Shown here one piece after another: positions 1 to 8,715 of a stretch of 64,000 bases of DNA (the first letter of the stretch is position 1; each line of letters opens with the position of its first letter). Source of the stretch: Archaeoglobus sp. JdFR-37 (GTDB lineage: Archaea > Halobacteriota > Archaeoglobi > Archaeoglobales > Archaeoglobaceae); contig MTMY01000003.1 of the NCBI GenBank assembly GCA_002010215.1, positions 62,001 through 126,000 on the forward strand, given 5' to 3'. The translations under genes were made by a program, and so were the position numbers. The notes under the pieces were generated by a model. The model did not search any database and was not told the DNA's origin. It saw nothing but the letters and a program-made list of their open reading frames with translations.

Positions 1-281
1 GCCCTTATGTTCAGTCTGCCCAGTTCTGTTAGAGAAAGAGGTTTACCGCCCAGATACTTGCCAGGAACGGCAATTCCCGCTATGATAATTGCTATATCTA
101 CCCTGTCGAAATAGGCTTTCGCCTCTCTGCTCCTCCTGAAGTGGTCTATAGTGGTGTAGTATGCAGGAATGCCGAGGTCTTTCAGCATCCCGTAGATGTA
201 GCGCGGATAAGGGGAGATGTAGGGAGGAACGCCCAGACACGAGGGTTCATCAACGTAGCCATCCAAGATTGCCGCCTTCAT
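1..281 (-). CDS. Radical SAM protein, COG1031-type (N-terminal part, runs off the window edge)
   Basis: Not in the ORF track. Minus strand from ATG at 281 reads MKAAILDGYVDEPSCLGVPPYISPYPRYIYG...AGIAVPGKYLGGKP, the characteristic N-terminus of this family. Open to the window edge. Confidence 0.75.
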   Translation of the reverse strand, partial: MKAAILDGYVDEPSCLGVPPYISPYPRYIYGMLKDLGIPAYYTTIDHFRRSREAKAYFDRVDIAIIIAGIAVPGKYLGGKPLSLTELGRLNIR

Positions 282-306
282 TTTGGTAGGTTATGGAATG
301 TTACCA

Positions 307-1308
307 CTATTCCCCGCGCTGAATCTTTGCGTGCCCACCGATAATGGAGCTGTTCAGCTCCAGATTCCTGATTTCGCACCGCTCATCAATTATGCTTCTC
401 CACATCTTCACCTTCTTCAGCACAACCTCATCAAAGATGACTGAATCGCTTATGTCTGAATTTTCTATGACGCAGTCTCTGCCCATGTAAACATAGGGGC
501 CGATAAGGCACCTCCCCTTTATCTGACAGCCTTCCTCAATAACCACCGGTTCGATTATCTTGGATGTGCGGTCAATCTGGATGCCATCTGCAACGCTGTG
601 CTGGATGTAAAAGCGAAAAGCTTCCAAGTACGAATCGGGATTTCCAACGTCATACCAGTTCCCGTTTTCGAAGCGATAGCCGTAAACCTCGACCCTGCTG
701 CACAGCCAGCTCAGGAAATCGCCTAAATTGTCTCTTTTCTCCTCACTCTCGCCATATTCCACGAGGAGTCTTGTTGCCTCTTTTGTAAGGGCGTAGATGC
801 CTATACCCACCAGAGTGGATGGTGGCTTCTCCGGCTTCTCATGGAACTTCAGAATCCTCTCTCCATTCAATTCAGCAACACCGTAACGCTTAGCAAGCTC
901 ATAATCTCCTACATCATACAATGCAGTAACAACAGCCTTCCTACTTCTGTAATACTCCATAAAGCCGTCAAGGTTGAAGGAGAATAGATTATCTCCAGCG
1001 AGAACAAGTAATTCATCATCCAAGGTTCTAGCTATGTCTGAAAGGGCCTTCACAGCTCCGGGCTTCTCTTCTTCCTTTGTAGAGTCTTCAACAATGATTT
1101 CCACATCCTTTTCCTCTGCCCACCTCTTAAAATCTTCCTCAAAGCGTTTGTTAGTGGAAAGAACGATGGGAAAACCAAAATTGACGACTTTATCATAAAT
1201 ATAATCTACTATCTTCTTTTTGCCCACCGGCAGCAAGGGCTTGGCCTTTGTTTTGGTAATGGGCCAGAGTCTTGTGGCGTAACCCCCAGCCATTATCACG
1301 ATCTTCAT
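307..1308 (-). CDS. Sugar-phosphate nucleotidyltransferase (NDP-sugar synthase)
   Basis: MAGGYATRLWP...KPLLPVG signature, WYDVG motif, C-terminal hexapeptide-like beta-helix region. Confidence 0.9.
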   Translation of the reverse strand: MKIVIMAGGYATRLWPITKTKAKPLLPVGKKKIVDYIYDKVVNFGFPIVLSTNKRFEEDFKRWAEEKDVEIIVEDSTKEEEKPGAVKALSDIARTLDDELLVLAGDNLFSFNLDGFMEYYRSRKAVVTALYDVGDYELAKRYGVAELNGERILKFHEKPEKPPSTLVGIGIYALTKEATRLLVEYGESEEKRDNLGDFLSWLCSRVEVYGYRFENGNWYDVGNPDSYLEAFRFYIQHSVADGIQIDRTSKIIEPVVIEEGCQIKGRCLIGPYVYMGRDCVIENSDISDSVIFDEVVLKKVKMWRSIIDERCEIRNLELNSSIIGGHAKIQRGE

Positions 1309-1666
1309 TAAATCACCAATCAGGATTTTTCATCTCCATTTTAAACTTTTTTGGATGGCTGAAGTGATTGTATTCCCTAGAAATACCCCCCTACCTCAAT
1401 ACTCTTGGGATGGGGGCCGTACCTTGATTTAATCTTACAGATGCACACGGCTATAACTGTCAATTTTAATTATTTTCAGGCCTACCACCCAGCCCACCAT
1501 CCCTATATCCCAATGGTTTTGAATAGCCAATTCTTAAAGCTGCAATTCGATTACTGAGAAAATCAAATCAATGACACCTTACAGGAAATCAACAAGAGAG
1601 CCACAAACTGGAAACCGGGATAAAAAATTTAAATGCTTACTAGTAATTTCTGCTAAAGGTGGTAAA

Positions 1667-2158
1667 ATGGACGAAAAAGCTCTGGAAATTCTCAAGATAC
1701 TTGAAGGGAATTCGAAGCTCACACCTTCAGAAATCTCCGAAATGACAGGTATATTGAGAGAAGATGTTGAGGATATCATTAAGAAGCTTGAAGATGATGG
1801 CATAATTTTGAAGTACAAGACAATTGTAGACTGGGAAAAAGCAGGAGTGGAGGAAGTTTATGCTATAATTGATGTGAGGGTCTCCCTCACCCGTGAGAAG
1901 GGGTATGATGATATTGCAAAAAGGATTGCCAAGTTTCCTGAGGTTCACGCCATCAGGCTTGTCAGCGGAGAGTACGATTTTCAGGTAGTTGTGAAAGGCA
2001 AAACGCTAAAAGACGTTGCCTTCTTCGTAGCGGAAAAAATATCAACCATTCCAGAAGTTCGAGATACCGTTACTCACTTCGTTCTGAGAACATACAAGGA
2101 GGAGGGTGTGCTTCTTTTTGCTGATGAGGAGGATAGGAGGCTCGCAATTGTCCCGTGA
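1667..2158 (+). CDS. Lrp/AsnC family transcriptional regulator
   Basis: N-terminal HTH plus RAM domain (VSGEYDF). Start moved to ATG 1667 after the GGTGG RBS. Confidence 0.9.
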   Translation: MDEKALEILKILEGNSKLTPSEISEMTGILREDVEDIIKKLEDDGIILKYKTIVDWEKAGVEEVYAIIDVRVSLTREKGYDDIAKRIAKFPEVHAIRLVSGEYDFQVVVKGKTLKDVAFFVAEKISTIPEVRDTVTHFVLRTYKEEGVLLFADEEDRRLAIVP

Positions 2159-3305
2159 ACCTTCCAGAATTTCAAAAAAAGTTCTGGAAATAAAACCCTC
2201 CGGAATAAGGAGGTTCTTCGACCTGATCATAGGGAGAGACGACGTCATCAGTCTCGGAGTTGGCGAACCAGACTTTCCGGTTCCCTGGAGGATAAGGGAG
2301 GAGATGATTTACAGCCTTGAGAAGGGCATAACCAGCTACACTTCTAACCAAGGCCTGCCACAGCTTAGAGAGGCGATAGTTGAGTATTACAAGAAATTTG
2401 GCGTTGAAAGCCATCCCAATAATGTTGTTATAACCACCGGTGTGAGTGAGGGGGTTGACATTGCCCTGAGGGCCCTTGTGGAGGAAGGGGATGGAGTAAT
2501 AGTTCCCGAACCCGCTTACGTCTCCTACAAACCCCTCGCATACCTTGCCGGAGCTGAAGTGGCTGAAATCCCAACAACTCCCGACTTCAAGCTTAGTTAC
2601 GAAGACCTCGTTAGAGCAAGAAAGAGCATGAGAGTTAAGGCCATCATATTGTGCTACCCTAACAACCCCACTGGTGTCAGTTTCTCGAGAAAGGAGCTTG
2701 AAGAGATAGCAGATGCTGCAATAGAAATGGATGCAGTTGTACTGTCAGATGAAATCTACGCAGAATTGACTTATGAAGGTACCCACATCTCCATTGCATC
2801 CCTCAACGGAATGGAGGACAGAACGGTCATCCTGAGCGGCTTCTCCAAAGCCTTTGCCATGACAGGGCTGAGGGTTGGGTACATTATAGCCCCTGACGAT
2901 ATTCTTGATGCAGTTTTGAAAATTCACCAGTACTGTATGCTCTGTGCCCCAGTCACAGCCCAAATAGGGGCTATAGAGGCTTTGAAAAATGGAGAAGACG
3001 AGATGGAGCGGATGAGGGCAGAGTACCTGCGGAGGAGGAACTTCTTCGTGAGGAGGCTCTCAAAGATTCTGGATGTCAGAATGCCAGAAGGAGCTTTCTA
3101 CGTTTTCCCCAGCATAAAAGAGACGGGATTGAGCAGTGAGGAATTTGCAGAGAGATTGCTTTTCGAGAAAAATGTGGCAGTCGTGCCGGGCAATGCCTTT
3201 GGGGACTGCGGAGAGGGATATATAAGGTGCGCTTATGCAGTCCACATGGAGAAGCTCAGAGAGGCTGCTGACAGGATTGAAGATTTTGTAAATTCTTTGA
3301 AGTAA
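2148..3305 (+). CDS. PLP-dependent class I/II aminotransferase
   Basis: GEPDF, PNNPTG, DEIY and SKAFAMTGLRVG (PLP lysine) motifs. Likely TTG start at 2148 after GGAGG, overlapping the Lrp gene end. Confidence 0.9.
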   Translation: MSREPSRISKKVLEIKPSGIRRFFDLIIGRDDVISLGVGEPDFPVPWRIREEMIYSLEKGITSYTSNQGLPQLREAIVEYYKKFGVESHPNNVVITTGVSEGVDIALRALVEEGDGVIVPEPAYVSYKPLAYLAGAEVAEIPTTPDFKLSYEDLVRARKSMRVKAIILCYPNNPTGVSFSRKELEEIADAAIEMDAVVLSDEIYAELTYEGTHISIASLNGMEDRTVILSGFSKAFAMTGLRVGYIIAPDDILDAVLKIHQYCMLCAPVTAQIGAIEALKNGEDEMERMRAEYLRRRNFFVRRLSKILDVRMPEGAFYVFPSIKETGLSSEEFAERLLFEKNVAVVPGNAFGDCGEGYIRCAYAVHMEKLREAADRIEDFVNSLK

Positions 3306-3383
3306 TCTTTTCCATGTTTTTTACTCTCACTCACGGAATACGAAAGATAAGAAAAGAGAGAAATATAAAATAGAAATAGAAAA

Positions 3384-4208
3384 TTAGACTTTGGGGTGCT
3401 CCTCAATCTGAGTTACGTCGTGGCAGCTCTCGCAGGACATCTTACCCCTGGTGTTCTCCAGTGGGCTTCCTTTTGTATGGCACCCTCTGCATGAAGCCGT
3501 TCTCTCGTCCAGTGGATAGGCGGCAACAAAAGTCCCATCTGCTTTGGCATTAAGCAGCTCAACAAGCTTCTTTGCTACATCTGCCGTCAACCTCCCACAT
3601 CTTTCTGATCTCTCTGCTGAAAAGGCTTTGTAGCCGCTGACCTCACACCAGTTGGTGACTGAAGCGTGACAGAGGGGAGAGTTTGCCACTGACTTTGGAA
3701 ATGGGCTTAAGTCAGCTTTTTTAGCCTTTTTTGGAACGTATTCTGGCAATTCTGTATACTCGTACCATGAGTACAGCTCGTTAATAACTTCATCCGCATC
3801 TTTTTCCGGCAACACGAGGTATGCTGCCATGGCTGCACCGTTCAATGCACCGCAAAGCGTCGCCCATCCTACAACGCCACCCTTACCGTAGACTGCAAGA
3901 TGTGTGGGGAACTCTGAGTAAGGGAAGCCAACTTTTTCTTCAAGGGCTACAACCACCGCATTGAAAACCCCATACATGCAGTGAGCCTCCATGTATCCTT
4001 CATAGCCAAGGTCTGCAACGTGGTCTGGGTCGAGCTTTTCGTACTTCCATGGGAGCTCTGGCAGGTGCACATATTCTTTTTCAGATGTAACTGACGGTGC
4101 TGGTGTTTGCATTGTAGTTTGTACTCCTTCTTTTCCTGTACATGCCATACCAAGGGCAGTTGCGAAGATAGCACCAGTCAAACCCAAGAAACTCCTTCTA
4201 GTTATCAT
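3384..4208 (-). CDS. Tat-exported lipoprotein, C-GCAxxG-C-C family / split-Soret cytochrome c-like, two CxxCH
   Basis: TRRSFL twin-arginine motif, GMAC lipobox, CGALNG motif, C-terminal CRGCH and CESCH. Confidence 0.8.
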   Translation of the reverse strand: MITRRSFLGLTGAIFATALGMACTGKEGVQTTMQTPAPSVTSEKEYVHLPELPWKYEKLDPDHVADLGYEGYMEAHCMYGVFNAVVVALEEKVGFPYSEFPTHLAVYGKGGVVGWATLCGALNGAAMAAYLVLPEKDADEVINELYSWYEYTELPEYVPKKAKKADLSPFPKSVANSPLCHASVTNWCEVSGYKAFSAERSERCGRLTADVAKKLVELLNAKADGTFVAAYPLDERTASCRGCHTKGSPLENTRGKMSCESCHDVTQIEEHPKV

Positions 4209-4489
4209 GCATTTCACCCAATTACATTATTACTATAATAATACAAAAGCATATGGCGATATTTCAAGGGGTAAAAAGCTTTTAAACTACTCTTTTCATT
4301 AATTATAAATTTATACCATTTTTTAAATAACAGGCATTTTGACCAATTTTTCAATTAACGAAATATTCCATTTCATAGATTTCAACCCAAAGCGAATCGT
4401 GATGAATAACCACACAAGATTTATATAACTTGTTCTTTTTTTAATTATAAAACATTGCTATTTTATTTTTATACTAAATATTATAAAAT

Positions 4490-4966
4490 CTATATCTTCC
4501 TCACCATTCTTATCCACTTACCCCATTTGTCTGCTTCCTTAAAACCTAGACTTCTGTAAAATTCCTTGGCTTTTTCGTTTCTGTCCCCAACCCACAGCTC
4601 GCAAATTTGTCTGCCTTGCTGTTTTGAGTACTCTATACCCTTTTCCACCAGTTTCTTACCAATCCCTCTCCCTCTAAATCTTGGATGGACAATTATCTCG
4701 TGGATTTCTCCAACCTCTACACCTTCTACATGGCTTATCCATCTAGTATCGCATGCCAGAAATCCAACAATCCTTTCCCCAATCATGGCTTTGAAGAACC
4801 CGTTTCTATCGCGCTTGAGAAGCCACCGGAAATAACTCTTTATGTCCCTGGTGGTTGTGTATGCGTACTCTTCCAGCCCTTTATAAGCTAGGCGATAGAT
4901 CTCAACAAATTCCTGAAGATCAGACGCATCGACGTTGGCTATTTCGACTGTCTCAACTGCACCCAC
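4490..4966 (-). CDS. GNAT family N-acetyltransferase
   Basis: VHPRFRGRGIGK acetyl-CoA motif, N..A..FY..LGF. Start trimmed to GTG 4966 to remove the overlap with the divergent gene. Confidence 0.85.
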   Translation of the reverse strand: MGAVETVEIANVDASDLQEFVEIYRLAYKGLEEYAYTTTRDIKSYFRWLLKRDRNGFFKAMIGERIVGFLACDTRWISHVEGVEVGEIHEIIVHPRFRGRGIGKKLVEKGIEYSKQQGRQICELWVGDRNEKAKEFYRSLGFKEADKWGKWIRMVRKI

Positions 4967-5006
4967 AAGGTTAAGTTTTATATTCGGTGTTTTTAAACCC
5001 TGTGTC

Positions 5007-6008
5007 ATGTATTCGCCCGATCTGATTGAACTTCTTAGTAAGCTGGTGGAGACCCCCTCTCCCTCAGGGAAGGAGGACAAGCTCATCTCTCTTATTTCTG
5101 ACCATTTAAATGAGACTGGAGTGAAATATAAAATTAAGGGCAGAGAAGTTCAGAACCTGATAATTGAAGGTAAAACAGATTTCTGGGTGGTAACACATCT
5201 TGACACCTTTCCCAGTAATCATGCTTTCAGATTTGATGGAGTTTATGCCTATGGTACAGGTGTTTGCGATGCTAAAGCATCAATTGCAGCTATTATGGCG
5301 GCTCTGGAGGAGATAGACCACCTGAATCTCGGAATAGCTCTACTTTCGGATGAAGAAGAGGGTGGAAAGGGCAGCCAAGAGTTTTCCAGTCAATATAATG
5401 GAAGGGCAGTAGTAATGGAGCCCACCGACATGAAAATAGCCATCAGCCATTATGGATGCATCGAATTTGTTGTGAGAGTGAAAGGAAAGGCTGCCCACGG
5501 TTCATATCCAGAATATGGACTGAATGCAATAGACAGAGCCTTTGAGATGGTGGAGAGGCTGAGAAACCTTCAGCTCCCGGGAAAAATCGTTCTCATGGAG
5601 ATGAAGGGTGGAGATAATAGACACGTAATACCGGATGAATGCTACCTCCGTCTGGATTTCACCATACCTTCCTCACTGAAAGTTGAAAAAGTACTGGAGG
5701 CGGCTGAATCCATCTTGAAGGAATATGGAGAATATGAAGCCAGAGAGGTATATAATGGTTTTGAGGAGGAGTCGTTCCAGACTTTTGAAAAAGCCCTTCA
5801 GTTAAGTGGTGTCAAGGTGGAATACGGGGAGATGCACTCCTGGACAGATGCAATAAACCTGAAAAGAGCTGGCTGGAAGGCAGTAGTATGGGGCCCTGGC
5901 AGCCTTCACAGCTGCCACACTTCTCTTGAGAGAGTAAAAGTGGAAGATGTTGCTAAAGCTGCAAGAGTGCTTGTGAAACTCAATGAGCTTCTCGGGGGTG
6001 AAAGTTGA
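5007..6008 (+). CDS. M20 family metallo-hydrolase (ArgE/DapE-like deacylase)
   Basis: HLDT, GTGVCDAK, DEEEGG, EPT and AHGS..GLNAI motifs. Start trimmed to ATG 5007. Confidence 0.85.
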   Translation: MYSPDLIELLSKLVETPSPSGKEDKLISLISDHLNETGVKYKIKGREVQNLIIEGKTDFWVVTHLDTFPSNHAFRFDGVYAYGTGVCDAKASIAAIMAALEEIDHLNLGIALLSDEEEGGKGSQEFSSQYNGRAVVMEPTDMKIAISHYGCIEFVVRVKGKAAHGSYPEYGLNAIDRAFEMVERLRNLQLPGKIVLMEMKGGDNRHVIPDECYLRLDFTIPSSLKVEKVLEAAESILKEYGEYEAREVYNGFEEESFQTFEKALQLSGVKVEYGEMHSWTDAINLKRAGWKAVVWGPGSLHSCHTSLERVKVEDVAKAARVLVKLNELLGGES

Positions 6009-6017
6009 CGTTAAAGG

Positions 6018-6482
6018 CTACCATTTCCGCCTGAACCAGATGAAAAGTATGATGAGAATTGCACCGACTGCCATGAGGGCGTAAGCCGGTTCAACAGCCG
6101 GTTTTACTACCTCGAACTCGGGTTTAACAGGGGCTTTAACAGGAGCTCTGGCAACTTCAGGTAATGCCTCTCTCTGCAACCTTGTGATGAGCATTCCAAT
6201 GCCCGACAGAAATGTCACGCTGCCGATGGCCAGCATAATCTTAGCAACGCTATCGTATCTTATTGCTCTCCTGCCTTTCTCCGTGAGCTGATAATATATC
6301 CATTTCCTCTCATTCTCGATTCTCTCCACCATTCCTGCATTGCTCAGTTTCTCTAAATGATAAAGGATAGAGCTTTTTGAGTAACCCGTTAATTTTGCCA
6401 GTTCCGAAACAGTATAGGGGCGTGAATCCAGCATTTTAAGCAACTGGATTCTGGAAGATGTGAATATGTTTCGTATATTCAT
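6018..6482 (-). CDS. ArsR-like winged-HTH regulator with two C-terminal transmembrane helices
   Basis: HTH (TVSELAKLTGYSKSSILYHLEKL) followed by two hydrophobic segments separated by a Pro/Val/Lys-rich loop. Confidence 0.8.
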   Translation of the reverse strand: MNIRNIFTSSRIQLLKMLDSRPYTVSELAKLTGYSKSSILYHLEKLSNAGMVERIENERKWIYYQLTEKGRRAIRYDSVAKIMLAIGSVTFLSGIGMLITRLQREALPEVARAPVKAPVKPEFEVVKPAVEPAYALMAVGAILIILFIWFRRKW

Positions 6483-6662
6483 GCATTCCCAACCCTTTCC
6501 AGCTTTAACAAATGGTTTTTGTTTTAGTTAGAATAAATATGAAGCGATTAATTATTTTTGCTAGAACAGGAGTGAAGTGGTGGAGATTGATTAACCGACA
6601 AACCATCAGCCGGGTGAACAGGTTAACCAAACTTTTAAATCAGTTCAACATTCAGATTAATC

Positions 6663-8219
6663 ATGAAGGATTTGCCGGAATTTGAATACCTCTGGCAGTA
6701 CTTGGATTACTGGGCGAATAAAGATGAGGGTTACACGGCAATAAAGTATGGAAGTGAAGAAATAACATACGGAGAGTTCAAAAGGAGTGTCGATTCTCTT
6801 GCTGGAGCCCTCCTAGAAATGGGTGTTAGCAGTGGGGATAGAATTGCGACCGTTCTCCCCATGCGGCCTGAGTACGCCTACACTTATCTCGCATCCAGCA
6901 AAATAGGGTCCATAACCGTTCCAATGGACGTGAGGTACAGAAAAGCAGAGCTCAGCAGATTTTTGAGCCACGCAGAGCCAGAAGTAGTGATAGCTATTGA
7001 CAGCTTTGCGGATAATAATATAAAATCCACCCTGAATGAAGTGAAGGCAGACATAGGCAACCCAGAATTCGTCTTCCTGAACTCTGAACCATATTTCAAT
7101 GAGCTGCTTAAGCATGAGCCTATTGAAAGGCCCTTGAGCAAGTCGCCTGATGAGGACATCCTGATAATATTTACCGGCGGAACAACTGGTGTGCCAAAGG
7201 CAACGCTACTGTCACACAAAAATGTCATATCCATGTGTATTGGGGAGCTTAGCAGCATACTGGCATACTTCGGTAAATTTGAAAGATATCCGACCCTCGT
7301 ACACCTTCCTCCAAGCCACGTTGGGGGCACAACAGAGCTGCTTTCGATAGGGGTACTCAATGGCTCAAAAATGATATTCATCGACCACTGGAGGCCAGAT
7401 GTTGTGCTGAAAGCGATTCAAGATGAGAGAATTCCGTATTTTGGGGCAGTTCCAACAATGTTTGCCATGATTCTTTCCATGAAGGGCCTTGAAGACTATG
7501 ATCTGTCTTCTCTGGAGCTTTTGGTAACTGCAGGGGAAAGGCTGAATCCTGAGCTGATAAAGAGGATGCAGAAGCTGTGCCAGAAAATAGCCGTTGGATA
7601 TGGCTCTACAGAGACGACAGGATTCGCAACGTTTTCAAGACCTGACGATGACATCATGAAATTCGCAGAAGGCTATGTTGGCGTGCCCTTTGAGGGAGTT
7701 GAGATAAAGATAGTTGACGATTCTGGAAAAGAGCTTGGCGAGGGGGATGTTGGAGAGATACTGGTAAAGGGGCCAATGGTAAGCAAGGGATACTTCAGGC
7801 AGCCTGGGGAGACTGAGAAAGGATTTACTGACGGTTTCTGGGTGAGCGGGGATCTAGGATACCTGAAAGGTGATGAGCTATACATAATTGGACGGAAGAA
7901 GGAGATAATTAGGGTTGGAAGCTATACAGTCCTCCCTATGGAAGTTGAGGAGATTATAATGAAAGACCAGCGAATTGCGGCTGCTGCAGTCATAGGGATG
8001 CCCCATGAAATATACGGCGAGGTCGTCTGGGCTGTGGTTGTTCCAAAACCCGGTGAGACGGTTTCCGAGGAGGAGATAATTGAATCATGCAAAAAAGAGC
8101 TTGCAGACTTCAAGGTGCCCAGGAAAGTAATAGTGAGGGAGAGCATACCCATGACCAGGCTGGGCAAGGCAGACAGAATAAGGCTCAAAGATGAAATTAT
8201 GAAGGAGATTTCTGAATGA
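6663..8219 (+). CDS. Acyl-CoA synthetase (long-chain fatty acid--CoA ligase family)
   Basis: FTGGTTGVPK AMP-binding loop, GYGSTE, SGDLG, GK catalytic lysine region. Confidence 0.9.
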   Translation: MKDLPEFEYLWQYLDYWANKDEGYTAIKYGSEEITYGEFKRSVDSLAGALLEMGVSSGDRIATVLPMRPEYAYTYLASSKIGSITVPMDVRYRKAELSRFLSHAEPEVVIAIDSFADNNIKSTLNEVKADIGNPEFVFLNSEPYFNELLKHEPIERPLSKSPDEDILIIFTGGTTGVPKATLLSHKNVISMCIGELSSILAYFGKFERYPTLVHLPPSHVGGTTELLSIGVLNGSKMIFIDHWRPDVVLKAIQDERIPYFGAVPTMFAMILSMKGLEDYDLSSLELLVTAGERLNPELIKRMQKLCQKIAVGYGSTETTGFATFSRPDDDIMKFAEGYVGVPFEGVEIKIVDDSGKELGEGDVGEILVKGPMVSKGYFRQPGETEKGFTDGFWVSGDLGYLKGDELYIIGRKKEIIRVGSYTVLPMEVEEIIMKDQRIAAAAVIGMPHEIYGEVVWAVVVPKPGETVSEEEIIESCKKELADFKVPRKVIVRESIPMTRLGKADRIRLKDEIMKEISE

Positions 8220-8655
8220 GGGCACTGTACTCCGCTGTAAGAACAACATCATCTCTCTGATTTGTGACCGTCAGGCGATAGGTGACGACTCCAGACCTCT
8301 TATCTTTCTCTTTTTTATCAACAACTTCCGCCCTCGCTTTAATAGTGTCTCCAATTTTTACTGCCGAGAGAAATCTGACATCCCTTATGCCGTAAAAAGC
8401 CACAACTGAACTCACATCGTATTTTGATAGGATAACCTGGTCTATCATGCCAAGAGCTACTGAAAGAACAAGCATTCCCTGAGCAATCCTCTCACCAAAA
8501 ACAGTCCTTTTTGCGAATTCCACATCGGTGTGAAGCGGGAAAAAATCTGCAGTGAGGTATGCAAACAGCCAGATGTCCGTTTCAGTTATAGTTCGAGGTA
8601 TGGATTCGACGGCATCGCCAATCTGGATGCTATCAAAAAACAGCTTCTCTCTCAT
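8197..8655 (-). CDS. MaoC family (hotdog-fold) dehydratase
   Basis: RTITETD...ADFFPLHTD...FGERIAQG motif. Confidence 0.9.
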   Translation of the reverse strand: MREKLFFDSIQIGDAVESIPRTITETDIWLFAYLTADFFPLHTDVEFAKRTVFGERIAQGMLVLSVALGMIDQVILSKYDVSSVVAFYGIRDVRFLSAVKIGDTIKARAEVVDKKEKDKRSGVVTYRLTVTNQRDDVVLTAEYSALIQKSPS

Positions 8656-8715
8656 GTTCTCTACTCTACGCCTATATCTATTAACTTTTTGATTTGGTCT
8701 GAGGTTGATTTACTC

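Noticed and set aside
1320..1666. Long intergenic region and N-terminal extension of the Lrp ORF (from 1571)
   Set aside because: No convincing RNA fold or gene remnant; the RBS supports ATG 1667 as the true start.
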